Shown in pieces: positions 1 through 11,406 of a stretch of 64,000 nucleotides of DNA (positions are counted from its first letter, which is position 1; each line of letters opens with the position of its first letter). The stretch covers positions 1,931,715 through 1,995,714 of the forward strand of contig NW_003314284.1 of NCBI RefSeq assembly GCF_000143415.4, given 5' to 3'. The position numbers and the translations under genes are program-made. This DNA comes from Selaginella moellendorffii. Its lineage: Eukaryota; Plantae; Lycopodiophyta. The notes beneath the pieces were generated by a model. That model worked only from the letters and a program-made list of their open reading frames with translations. It ran no database searches and was not told where the DNA came from.

Positions 1-4
1 GATC

Positions 5-2109
5 ATGGAGCGCGGTTCTAATGGCAGGGCTCAGCGCAGAATTGCGAGGATTGGCAAACAGCTGGAGGCATCAGAAGAAAAGAATGCCGACCAAGGTATG
101 GGAAGTTTTCGCTTGCCCGATTGACGCTTGGCGCGCAGGATTGATGATCGCGGAGACCATGAGCGTTGGATTGCCTGCGCTGGATTTATCGCGGGCATTC
201 CCCCAGGCCACTCCAGCATCCAGCTTCCCTCCTTTAGGTCTGTGAGTAGATTTTTTCGTTCTTTCTTTTGTGCATTGGAGCAGCTAAAATTCTTTCCAGT
301 CTCTGATTACTTCCAGCTCCATGACCTCCTCTCCAAGGAGGATCAAGATCTGCGGATGAGGGTGAGAACCGTCATGGAGAAAGAAGTCGCACCGATCATG
401 GCCGAGGTTACTTCTTTCCTTGAAAACTGGAGCTTTTGTTCATCGTTTCTTTGTGTTTCTTGTGTTACTTTCAGTACTGGGAGAAAGCGGAGTTTCCTTT
501 CGAAATCGTTCCCAAGATGGCGAGTCTCAAAATCGCTGGAGGTACAATCCAGGTTCGCGATGCTTAAAAAAAAAAAAGACACAAGAGATAATCAACGATA
601 GACAAATCTCGAACGCAGGGATATGGCTGTCCGGGATTGTCTATACTGGGAAGTGCTATCGCTGCTGCCGAAGTTGCAAGGGTCGATGCAAGCTGCTCTA
701 CATTTATTCTTGTTCATTCCTCATTGGCAATGCTAACTATCGGTACGGTGTTCTTCTTCTTTGTGCTTATGCAAACTTTATATTTTTGGTTTTCGTAGCA
801 ATGTGTGGAAGCGAGCAACAAAAGCAAAAGTATCTCCCCCAGCTCGCCAAGCTCGACACCATCGCTTGCTGGGTAATAGCACTGCGTCTTTGATTGAATT
901 TGGCGTGAGAGTTTTTTACAAATGGTGCAGGCATTGACAGAGCCCGATTACGGTAGTGATGCGAGCTCTCTGAGCACTACCGCAACAAAGGTTCACGACA
1001 TAATGTTTGTTTTAAGAATTAATATTGGTGTATGTTATCTCAGGCTAAGGGAGGCTGGGTACTAAATGGTCAGAAGAGATGGATTGGAAACAGTACATTT
1101 GCAGATGTTGCTGTCATTTTTGCACGGAATACGGAGACGAATCAGATCAACGGGTACAAAAATCGCTCTTGTTTTTTAGCACCATAACACGTTGTTTATA
1201 CAGTTTCATTGTAAGAAAGGGAACCCCAGGCTATCGTGCAACAAAGATCGAGAACAAAATCGGGCTGAGGATCGTCCAAAACGGGGACATTGTTCTCAAG
1301 GACGCGTTCATCCCGGACGACGATCGTCTCCCCGGCATAAACTCGTTCGCGGACACAAATAAGGTGACACAGAATTTCTCGAAAGACAAAGATGTTTTTA
1401 ATGCTGATCGTTCCACTCAAAAGGTTCTTGCAATCTCCCGGATCATGGTAGCATGGCAACCAATCGGCGTGACAATGGGAGTCTACGATATGTGCCACAG
1501 GTATTCTTCGTTTTCGCTTATTTGGAGTAGAGTTTTTGGCTTGTTTTTCGCCATCCAGTGATCTAACGCATTGTTCCTTATGATTCGCTTGTGCTGTGTT
1601 TTGCACTTAAAAAAGGTACTTGCTAGAGAGGAAGCAATTCGGAGCTCCACTGGCTTCTCTCCAGATAAACCAGGAGAAGCTTGTCCAGATGCTCGGGAAC
1701 ATCCAGGCCATGGCGCTTGTGGGATGGCGGCTGTGCAAGCTCTACGATAGCGGCAAGATGACGCCAGGCCAAGCCAGTCTTGCCAAGGTACGCGCACGTC
1801 TTTGCCTTTGAAACGTTCCTTCTTTCTGACGTTATAATGCCTTAAACAGTGTTGGAACACGAAGAGGGCGCGTGAGACTGTGGCGCTTGGACGAGAACTT
1901 CTGGGGGGCAATGGAATCTTGGTGGATTTCCTCGTTGCCAAGGTGTTCCCTCTCTCTTTTTTCTCGGCTTTACAAATTCTCTTTTGGTTGTACAGGCATT
2001 CTGTGACTTGGAACCAATCTACACGTACGAAGGGACGTACGAAGTGAACGCTCTCGTGACTGGCCGCGAAGTCACCGGCATTGCAAGCATCAGGCCGAGG
2101 AAAGCGTGA
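5..2109 (+). CDS. ACX4: Acyl-CoA oxidase 4-like (acyl-CoA dehydrogenase fold), ~13 exons
   Basis: Spliced motifs [86 protein letters not shown] at 5, first intron 96-138, TGA 2107-2109. Confidence 0.9.
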
Positions 2110-2279
2110 TCTTGGCCAAATCTCTTCACAAAATAAAAGATTAATTATTGCTAATAAAAGGGTATAATCTGTTGCCACGCGTACGGTTTGACCTGGTTTT
2201 AGGCGCTGGCAAATTTGTGGCGGTCAACGGTCTCGTCTTTATAGCCTAAAATCCAGAGCCAGGGATTGGGGGCCAAAGG

Positions 2280-2588
2280 ATGGCTTCTCTCTCGTTCTCT
2301 TCTCGCAGATCGTCTTGTCTCGTGTTGTTCTTGATCGTTCTATCCTTGTCTTCGGGAGCTCTAGCGCGGCGATCGCTGCGCGAGGAAGCGGAGGATGGCA
2401 TCAATCACCATGGGCGATGCCCGTGCCAGCAGTACTACGAGGTGCGCAGGGGCGAGACGCTCCAGACGATGAGCGTCAAGTGCCGCGCGCCCTACATCCT
2501 GGACGACAATCCACAGATCAAAGACGAGGACGATGTCTACCCCGGATTGGTGCTGTTCATGCAGTGCGAGGATGACCTCACCTTTTGA
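2280..2588 (+). CDS. Small secreted single-LysM protein (LysMe type), copy 1
   Basis: Signal peptide followed by CPCQQYYEVRRGETLQTMSVKCRAPYILDDNPQIKDEDDVYPGLVL; intronless. Confidence 0.85.
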   Translation: MASLSFSSRRSSCLVLFLIVLSLSSGALARRSLREEAEDGINHHGRCPCQQYYEVRRGETLQTMSVKCRAPYILDDNPQIKDEDDVYPGLVLFMQCEDDLTF

Positions 2589-2816
2589 TCCAAGCCAGGA
2601 GATTCGACTGTACAGAAGTTCTTGAGAGGGAGGGGAAGAGTGAGGCACACAAGTTCGATGATTCAATTGTATCGATTTCCATTCTTGCAAACACAGAGAG
2701 AACGCTTTCTAAAACCCGGAGAGTTTCAACTGACCGAGCAACAGAATTTCTCGCTCAACTGAATTTGGCGAAAAAAACTGTGAGTAACCGCCGATCGGGC
2801 GATGGGCGATGCGCGA

Positions 2817-3116
2817 TCATCTGCGCGGCGGTGGATCCTCGCACTGCATCATGAGCACCAGGCCCTGGAAGAGATCGGTGGCGTCCCGGATCTGGGGGTT
2901 GTCCTCGAGGATGTAGGGCGCGCTGCACTTGCGGGCGATGCTCTCCAGCGTCTCGCCCTCCTCCACCACGTAAATCTGGTTGCACGGGCACTTCTCCTCC
3001 TCGCTCCCGCCGGATTGGAGCCTCCGGAACGCATGAGCGCCAGTCACGAGTGACGAAATCCACAGGACGAGCGCCAAATTCGCGAGTGAGAGAGATGATT
3101 TTGTCATCCTTGTCAT
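2817..3116 (-). CDS. Small secreted single-LysM protein (LysMe type), copy 2
   Basis: Signal peptide followed by CPCNQIYVVEEGETLESIARKCSAPYILEDNPQIRDATDLFQGLVL; paralog of copy 1 in tail-to-tail orientation. Confidence 0.85.
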   Translation of the reverse strand: MTRMTKSSLSLANLALVLWISSLVTGAHAFRRLQSGGSEEEKCPCNQIYVVEEGETLESIARKCSAPYILEDNPQIRDATDLFQGLVLMMQCEDPPPRR

Positions 3117-3170
3117 CCTTGTTGGTCAAAACACTCAAGAGCCCCTAATTTCTGGCAGACCAAGTCACCC

Positions 3171-3200
3171 AAGAGCCCTAATTTCTATTTTAGGGCTCTT
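3171..3200. promoter_or_regulatory. Palindromic telo-box-like element in the ~100 bp divergent LysM/USP39 promoter
   Basis: AAGAGCCCTAA-8 nt-TTAGGGCTCTT perfect inverted repeat, with further related copies at ~3137 and ~3208. Confidence 0.5.
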
Positions 3201-3215
3201 TATAGATTTAGGGCT

Positions 3216-5092
3216 ATGAAGCGAGCAGGCGCTCCCGACGATGCCGCCGCTGCTGCTGCCAAGCGCGGCCGCCAAGAGACGGAGGTGAGGAGGGACTGCC
3301 CCTACCTTGACACAGTGAATCGCCAGGTAAGAGAAAGACTAGGGAGCTAGAATGCGTCGCGTTTCTTGGGAGGCCTGAGAGGATAAATCTTTACTCGCAG
3401 GTTCTGGACTTTGATTTCGAGAAGTTTTGCTCGGTTTCTCTCTCGAATCTCAATGTCTACGCCTGCCTGGTGTGTGGGAAGTACTTCCAAGGCCGGGGAA
3501 GGAAGTCTCATGCGTACACGCATAGCCTGGAAGCCGGCCATCATGTGTTTATCAACTTGCACAGTGAGAAGGTCTACTGCCTTCCCGATGGCTACGAGGT
3601 GGATGATCCATCGCTGGACGACATTCGCCATGTCTTAAATCCCAGGTAAAGTTTTTCTCCTCTCTTTTCTCTCTTGAGTTTTCGTTTTCCTCGCTTTGGC
3701 GATGCTAATGTTATCCTTTTGAAAGGTTTACGGGCGCTCAAGTTTCGCAGCTCGATAAAAGCAAGCAGTGGGCGAGAGCTCTCGATGGCTCCGACTATCT
3801 ACCTGGAATGGTGAGTGTCACTCGAGATGGAGTTTTAGTCTGGTTTACTGACACAGGGTTTCTGAAGCTTGTGTGTGGTGCTGTAGGTGGGGCTTAACAA
3901 TATCAAGGAGACGGACTTTGTCAACGTTATAATACAGTCGCTCATGCGGGTGACTCCGCTCCGGGACTTTTTCCTGATACCAGAGAACTACAGGCATTCC
4001 AGTTCTCCTCTTGTCCATCGCTTTGGGGAGCTCACGAGGAAGATATGGCATGCCAGGAACTTCAAAGGACAGGTGTGATTTTCTTGTTCTCTTTCGTGAC
4101 AAGGCTGCTGGTTCGTCTGCAGGTCAGTCCCCACGAGTTTCTTCAGGCGATCATGTCTGCCAGCAAGAAGAAGTTCCGTATAGGTGTGCAGTCTGATCCC
4201 GTGGAATTCTTCTCCTGGCTTCTGAATACGCTGCACAGCGAACTGGGTGGTACAACACTGCGCAACAGTAGCATCATCTACCAATGTTTCCAGGTGAGTG
4301 TTTTAAACAAGTGTGTCCGTCTTATGAACTGGTGAAACAGGGCGAGCTAGAAGTGTTGAAGGAATTGCAGTCCGACCCGAATAACCGAGAGATTAGCAGG
4401 CTGCCATTTCTGATGCTTGGACTCGATCTACCCCCACCTCCACTTTTTAAAGATGTCATGGAGAAAAACATCATCCCACAGGTATATGACCATGTCAATC
4501 TCTCCTGATTGCTCACGCTCATTCTTGTAGGTTCCTCTTTTCAACATCTTGAAAAAGTTCGATGGTGAAACGCCGACTGAGGTGGTGAGGCCACAGCCAG
4601 CACGAATGCGTTATCGTGTAACGAGGTTGCCGAGGTATTTGATCTTACACATGAGGCGCTTCAAGAAGAATAACTTCTTCATTGAAAAGAATCCAACACT
4701 GGGTAAATTCTTGCTTTCAATTCTTTGTAAGGCGTTTTCTCATTGTATATTTTGCAGTGAACTTCCCGGTGAAAAATCTGGAGCTGAAAGACTACATCCC
4801 ACTGGGTTCCGCTGATGGCAGCAAGAAAGCCCGCTCAAAGTACGATCTCATTGCCAACACCGTCCACGATGGCAAGCCCAGGGAAGGCTCTTACCGCGTG
4901 TTTGTGCAGAGGAAATCGGAAGAAGTATGGTAAGTATTCTTGTTTTCCTTTCTCTTTCTTTTGTAGGAATCAGATTTAAAGGTTTGTTCGTCTTGCAGGT
5001 ACGAGATGCAAGACCTTCACGTGACAGAAACTCTGCCGCAGATGGTTGCGCTCTCTGAGGCGTATATGCAGATCTACGAGCAGCAGCAATAA
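3216..5092 (+). CDS. USP39: U4/U6.U5 tri-snRNP-associated protein 2 (USP39/SAD1), multi-exon
   Basis: DCPYLDTVNRQVLDFDFEKFCSVSLSNLNVYACLVCGKYFQGRG (zf-UBP), VGLNNIKETDFVNV, LDLPPPPLFKD, YEMQDLHVTETLPQMVALSEAYMQIYE. Confidence 0.93.
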
Positions 5093-6093
5093 CCAAGCCG
5101 ATCTTGGTACGTGCTCAAGATTTAACTTTGGTTTTTTTTTATTCTTTCTTTACGTCTCCCGGTTTGATTCAACGCTCTTCGCTTTCACAGTGCATAGTAA
5201 TTCCCGGTACGTGCTTGCTTCCGTTTTCTACAATAGCTTCAAATTCCTGGGCCTCATGAATGAAATCAGTTTTGCTGCTGCTATAGTGGACTGGACATGA
5301 CTGAGAGTTCCCTCTTGACGTTTAGTACCTTAATACTCATATACCTTGATATCGCAATCGCTGGCCCGCTGGAGGCAATGGTAGTGATCAGCAAGGACGA
5401 GTGTCAAAATCGAATAGAATTACCACCATCGCTTTCCACGCGTTTAAGAGCACCAAGTTACAATGTCGATCAAAACCCTGTGTTTGCAGAAGTGACTGTG
5501 TGTGTTTGCGTTGCACCTAAGGTGAAAAGGAAGAACTTTACTGATGCTCACATACACCATACACACGCAAGGTTTTTCTCGTCTGGCTTTAATTTTTTCT
5601 CCTTTTTCCTGACTGTCCTCAGCGAGCAGCGGCAAGCGGCCTGCCCGAGAAATCTCGACAGGCAGGAACGAGAGCGAAGACGAAGAAGAAGAAGAAGAAG
5701 AGAAGTAAGAAACACTGTAAAGGGGCGTCTACAACCTAGAGACGGAAAAAGACCGATTGCAAGCCAGAGGATCTCCTCTTTCTCCGACTCTTGCGAAGAA
5801 GAGAAATAAAATTACTAAATGGACCAGCAGAGGTTTCAGGAGCGTACTCACAGTGGTAAGAGAATGCAATGCAGCAGTACGCACGGCCTGGAAGATGGTG
5901 ACAAGCCGAGCAGCAACGCCTCTGCTCTGGAAAGAAAGAAAAAATATTAATATTTGAGCAAAGCTAAAACAACACATACCTCCATCAAAATGCCACCTTG
6001 AGAGCGAGAGGAAGCATTCACCTTGTTGCGACGCACGCAGCCATTGTCTTCCCTGCATTTCTCCGCAATTCTTTATCCCTTCCACCGCCGCTA

Positions 6094-6130
<37 letters not shown>

Positions 6131-6142
6131 TTCTTCTTCTTC
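6094..6142. repeat. (CTT)n microsatellite upstream of the neprosin gene
   Basis: Direct run of ctt/cct triplets; a (GAA)n run also occurs at ~5677-5704. Confidence 0.85.
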
Positions 6143-6514
6143 CAGTAAAAGTGACTCCAGTGATTCTTTTGCTTGTCTCCTCGCTGATGTTGGCCGTGCA
6201 TCATCATCATTTCGATCCTGCTGCTGGCCGCTGCTCGTTTGAAATGGGTCCTCCCACCTCTCTTTCGCCAGTGATCTCATCCTTGTCCAGGAAAGAGTAA
6301 TGTGCAAGCTTGTTTGTCTCTACATGTCTGGCTCTTGCTGCCGCTGCTGCTGCGTCCGAAGCTATCAGTCTTTCTGTCGAAGCTTCTCTCTCGGTCTCGT
6401 AGCTCGAGCAAAGCTAGCCTTTCGGGAAAATCGCCAGGCCTCTCTAGCTTGTAGATCTCGCTTCCAGTCAATTCTTCAGCCTCCAGTAGGTGTGTAGAAG
6501 TTTTCGTGTCGGCC

Positions 6515-8149
6515 ATGTCATGCCGGAGAAGATTGTCACTCGTTCTACTCCTGTTCTTGATCCATCTCGCCTCGGCTTTGGAAACCGGAGCGATCAACGC
6601 CACCGGAACAGCTCACAGGAGAAGGCTGTCCCGGAGGCAGGTGCTGGAGCTCCGGAAGAAGCTCAACAACATCAACAAGCCTGCGGTGCACACCATCCGG
6701 GTAACCAAACTCCTCCTCCAGATCTTTGTAGCAGCGTCTTAGAGTTGTTCTTTTCCCAGAGTCCAGACGGGGACATAATAGACTGCGTTCTCATCAGCAA
6801 CCAACCGGCATTCGATCACCCGCTGCTCAAAGATCACAAACTCCAGGTGTGTTGTGCTGACTTGCGATCATGACTCGGCTTAGAATCGCTGTCTCTTGTC
6901 CGATGTGTAGAGCAAACCAGACTTCTGGCCAGACCAGGAGGATGGAGCAGCTTCAACCGAATCCAGCCCAGGCGACGACAAAGTCTCGTACCAATTGTGG
7001 CACCAAAGCGGAGAGTGCCCCGAAGGAACCGTCCCCATCCGAAGAACAACTATAGATGACATACTCCGCGTCGGTGGTTCTGTCAGCCGCTATGGTCGCA
7101 AAGCAAGGCCACCCCCCAATCCTAGAAGAATAAGACCACCCGAGCCTGCTCAAGGCAGCCATGAGGTCAGCATCTCCGCATCTTTCTTGCTGGAGTCTCA
7201 AAAATTTCTCTTTTTCGCAGCATGCTATCGCGTTCATCAACGGAGGCCAGTATTACGGTGCTCAAGCGTCCCTCAACGTATGGAAACCAGCCATCCAAGT
7301 CCCGAACGAGTTCAGCCTCTCCCAAATGTGGTTGCTTGCTGGTTCCTTCTATGGCGATCTCAATAGCATCGAAGCCGGCTGGCAAGTAAGGACCCTTTCT
7401 CGGACTTCTCTCGGAGAGTTTACTGACTGGCTCGAGTGTCTTTCAGGTGAGTCCGCTGCTTTACGGCGACAGCAACCCCCGGTTGTTCACATACTGGACG
7501 GTGAGTTTGAAATCTCCAGTTTGTTCCCGAGCTCAATATACTGTGATCGTTTCCAGAGCGATGCATATCGAACCACTGGCTGCTACAACCTGCTGTGCTC
7601 GGGCTTCATACAACTCGGGAGGAGTATTGCCATTGGTGCTACAATATCCCCCTTGTCACTGCTCAATGGTGCTCAATACGACATCCGGATCCTCATCTGG
7701 AAGGTAAAACCCATCAGTTTGAATCAAATGCAAAAGAAAAAACTCGAGCTTGTTTCTCTCTCTCCCAGGATCCCAGAACCAAAAACTGGTGGATGAGATT
7801 CGGACCAGGTATTTTACTAGGATACTGGCCAGCGGAGCTCTTCACTCATCTCGGCGATCATGCGTCCATGATCGAGTGGGGAGGGGAGATAGTTAACACA
7901 GCACCTCGAGGCCACCACACGGCTACTCAGATGGGAAGCGGACACTTTCCGTCACAGGGATTCGGGCAGGCTAGCTACTTCAGGAATCTGGGATATGTAG
8001 ACGGCACAAACAAACTGAAAACGCAGGTTATGCTCCAGACTCTAGCAGAACATCCCAATTGCTACGATATCCTTAGAGCAACTAGCGGGGACTGGGGGAA
8101 CTACTTCTACTACGGAGGACCCGGTCAGAATCCTCGTTGTCAACAGTAA
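6515..8149 (+). CDS. Neprosin / DUF239 carboxyl-terminal peptidase-like protein with activation peptide
   Basis: Signal peptide, SPDGDIIDCV, QPAFDHPLLKDH, CPEGTVPIRR, LNSIEAGWQ, GCYNLLCSGF, EWGGEI, TQMGSGHF, YFYYGGPG. Confidence 0.92.
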
Positions 8150-9189
8150 ATACGCTCGACTGGCACTCACAGATACAATGACTTTGGCATACACTGCTGG
8201 ATGCTAACAACTGGAAAGTTCTTACCTTAGACAAACCATTTTTTAAGAGCCCGCTGGGAAGTGACTGCGCAAAAGAGTGATTATCAGTTCTTAAAACGCA
8301 GAGGGGAAGAATCCCGTACCTTGTAAACGCGGCAGCCGTAAAGAAGAGGATAAGTTTAAGCTTGTTTGGTGTTTCCAGGGGAGGCGATGATGATCCAAGT
8401 TGAAGCAGCAGAAGAAGAAGTATGATAAGTTCACGGCATCAAGGTCAACCGGATGCAATTAAATCGGCTGCCAAACTCGAAGTCGTTGATTGATCGCCAT
8501 CGATGAGAAGACAGCCGGACTCCACACAAGGCATGATGAAGAGAGAAAGAACGTTGTTCGTTCCCAGTTTTCCCTCCTTGTCTCATCTGTAAGGTTACGT
8601 GATCGCAAAGGTATTAGTAGCCAGCTATGGTTGTCATGCATCTATGGAACACAACGAAGAACAAAAACTAAAAACTAAAGCGCTCCAAAAAAGTATGATG
8701 CTAATCTTCCTCCACCATGGAGGAAAGGAAGAACTAAAAAGCTTTCTTCCTAAACTAGCTCCAAAGTTCTCGACATTCTTCCTCCACTATAGAGGACAGG
8801 ATGAAGCAAAGAAAAGTTCTAAAAGCTTTCATCTAAAACTAGCGATGCATTGGGCAACGAAAACAATCCAGTGTGATCTAAAGAAACCGAGAAAAAAAAA
8901 ATTGAGCACTAACCTTTGAAAGCACTCTTGCGCGACTTGTGATGATGATGCGAGCGAGCATGTGATTGCGATCTCCGAGCAAGCCGTTCCCCTCTTTTTG
9001 CCGTGCTTTCGTTCTAAACTAAAACGCGTGCTTCAAAAGAAGGAAACAAAAGCCTGGCATGGCAGTACCTTGCGAATCGAAAACCATAAAAAAATCCAAC
9101 AAGGAATGCGTTCGATCGCGATCGCCCTAGCAAGAGCCCTAAAATTCAAAAATTTATGGAGCTTCAAGAACCCTAAAATTTCAAATTTT

Positions 9190-11328
9190 ATGGATGGAGC
9201 CACTGTCGCTTATTGGGCGGATCTCATTCGCAATGCCAACGATGCCGCGCAGCTCAAGCGCCTCCACTCCAAGATCCTCTCCGGCGCCCACTCCAGCGTC
9301 TACCTCTCGAATCTCCTCATCCAGATGTATGGCAAGGCCGGGGATTTGGCGCAGGCGCGAGCGGTGTTTGATCGCGAGGCGGGCAAGAATGTCTTCTCCT
9401 GGAACATGATGCTGGGCGCGTACGCGAGCAATGGCGAGCTGGAGGAGGCCAGCGCCATCTTCACCGCGATGCCCCAGCGCGATCGCGTCTCCTGGAACGC
9501 CATGATCGCCGCTTACGCCCGGGACGGGCATCTGGCAAAATCACGGGAGATCTTCGAGAAAATGCCGCACAAGGATCTCGTTTCCTGGAACTCGATGGTC
9601 GCGGCGTATGCCAAGGATGGATTGGCAGAGGAGGCGCGAGAGATCTTCGAGAGAATCCCCCATCGCGATGCTGTGTCTTGGAATTCGATGCTTGCTGCCT
9701 ATGCCCGGAGTGGGGATTTGATCAAGGCCAGAGAGTTGTTTTCCCAGATGCCTACCAAGAACATCGTCGCGTGGAACTCGCTCTTGGGCGCTTACATGGA
9801 GGCCGGGGATGTCGCAGAGGCCGAGAGGCTCTTCCACAGCATGGAAAGCCGCGACGAGATCACAGTCACGACCATGATCCGTGGATTCGCCAGGCACGGC
9901 CTCGCCCACAAATCCATCCAAGCCTTCGAATCTATCCAGAGCCCGAGCACGGCGATCTGGAGCGCGGCGATCCAGGCGCTGATCTCAACCGGGGAGACCG
10001 CCGTCGCGAAGAACTTGCTCGAGCGAATGCCAGAGAAGAAAATCCATCTCTTCAGTTCGCTGATCGCTGGACTCTCGAGCTCCGGGGATGTGGAAGAGGC
10101 CAAGAGAGTGTTCGATCGAGCGCCACAGCTCAACGTAGCGGTGTGGAACTCGATCGTGGCGGCGTATGCCCAGAACGGGCATATCCCGGGGGCCGAGCTC
10201 GTCTTTGGTAGCATGGCCGAGCACGATCGCATTTCTTGCAACACGATCATCGCCGCGCTTGGAATCACTGCTGCCATCGAGCGCGCGCTCCAGATCTTTG
10301 ATCTTATGGAAGAGCACGACATCGTCTCGTGGGCATCTCTCCTCGCAGCGTATGCCCGGAGCGGGCAGCTTGAAGAGGCGAGATCTCTCCTCGAGAGAAT
10401 GCCCGAGAGGAATCTGGTAGCCTGGAACTCACTGCTCGCGGCGGAGACCTCTCTCGATCGCGTCAAGCTCTTGTTTGATTCCCTCCCGGAGTGGAGCGCA
10501 GTGTCGTGTACGATCCTCCTCGCGGCCTACGCCCGGAGTGGCCGGACAGAGGAGGCGTTGTGGGCATTCGACCAGGGAATGCCCGAGCACGATGCGATCG
10601 CATGGGCGGTGCTAGCGCACGAGATCGCTCGCCACGGCCACACCAGCGAGGCGCTCGCCATCTTCGATCGAATGCCCCGCAAGGAGCTGGTGTCGTGGGC
10701 GCCAGTGATCGAGGCCTGTGCAGGAAACGGTGATCTTCACCGATCCTGGCAGCTCTTCCTAGGCGTGCCGGAGGGATCCAAGGACCTGCTGGTGTGGACG
10801 TCGATGATCACGGCGTGCGCCGAGAGTGGCGAGCTCGACCTCGCTGTGGAGCTCGCAGCGAGAGCCCCGGAGTGCGACGCGGTGGCGTGGACGGCGCTCA
10901 TCGCCGGGTTTGCGCGGCGGGGCCGCATCGATCGAGCGAGAGTCCTCTTCTCGCGGCTGCCCGAGAGCGGTGACACGGTCGCGTGGAACGTCCTCGTCCA
11001 TGGCTACGCGCTCGCGGGGAGAGGGAAGAGGATGCGATCGCTGGAGCTCCTCCGCGAGATGGATCTCGAGGGAGGGAGTCCCAGCGCCGCGACGTTCACG
11101 GGGGTTCTCACTGCTTGCAGCCACGATGGGCTGCTGGATCATAGCCGCAAGTGTTTCCTCTCCATCGCCGGGGATTCCCGGGGCTTCCAGCCGACGATGG
11201 AACACTACTGCTGCATGATCGACGTGCTGGGGCGATCGAGGCAGCGCGGCCGGGCCAAGGAGCTCTCCAAGAACATGCCCTTCTGGCCCGACGAGGTGGC
11301 ACTGACCGCGCTGGGCGTTAGGGCTTAA
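9190..11328 (+). CDS. PLS-class pentatricopeptide repeat protein ending in a partial E domain, no DYW (upstream ATG at 9106 possible)
   Basis: Intronless. About 20 ~31-aa repeats of the type 'VSWNxMIAAYAxxGxLxxAxxxFxxMP'; C-terminus EHYCCMIDVLGRS...MPFWPD. Confidence 0.9.
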   Translation: MDGATVAYWADLIRNANDAAQLKRLHSKILSGAHSSVYLSNLLIQMYGKAGDLAQARAVFDREAGKNVFSWNMMLGAYASNGELEEASAIFTAMPQRDRVSWNAMIAAYARDGHLAKSREIFEKMPHKDLVSWNSMVAAYAKDGLAEEAREIFERIPHRDAVSWNSMLAAYARSGDLIKARELFSQMPTKNIVAWNSLLGAYMEAGDVAEAERLFHSMESRDEITVTTMIRGFARHGLAHKSIQAFESIQSPSTAIWSAAIQALISTGETAVAKNLLERMPEKKIHLFSSLIAGLSSSGDVEEAKRVFDRAPQLNVAVWNSIVAAYAQNGHIPGAELVFGSMAEHDRISCNTIIAALGITAAIERALQIFDLMEEHDIVSWASLLAAYARSGQLEEARSLLERMPERNLVAWNSLLAAETSLDRVKLLFDSLPEWSAVSCTILLAAYARSGRTEEALWAFDQGMPEHDAIAWAVLAHEIARHGHTSEALAIFDRMPRKELVSWAPVIEACAGNGDLHRSWQLFLGVPEGSKDLLVWTSMITACAESGELDLAVELAARAPECDAVAWTALIAGFARRGRIDRARVLFSRLPESGDTVAWNVLVHGYALAGRGKRMRSLELLREMDLEGGSPSAATFTGVLTACSHDGLLDHSRKCFLSIAGDSRGFQPTMEHYCCMIDVLGRSRQRGRAKELSKNMPFWPDEVALTALGVRA

Positions 11329-11406
11329 CTGTCCGCTTCAGCTGAAGCGACGGTTGTGCCAGCTTGGCCTGCTGCCGCGTGGCTTCTTTTCGCTTTCGAA
11401 GGGAGC

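Noticed and set aside
5729-6307. Poly-Glu / poly-Leu ORFs
   Set aside because: Produced by the (CTT)n microsatellite in non-coding upstream DNA.
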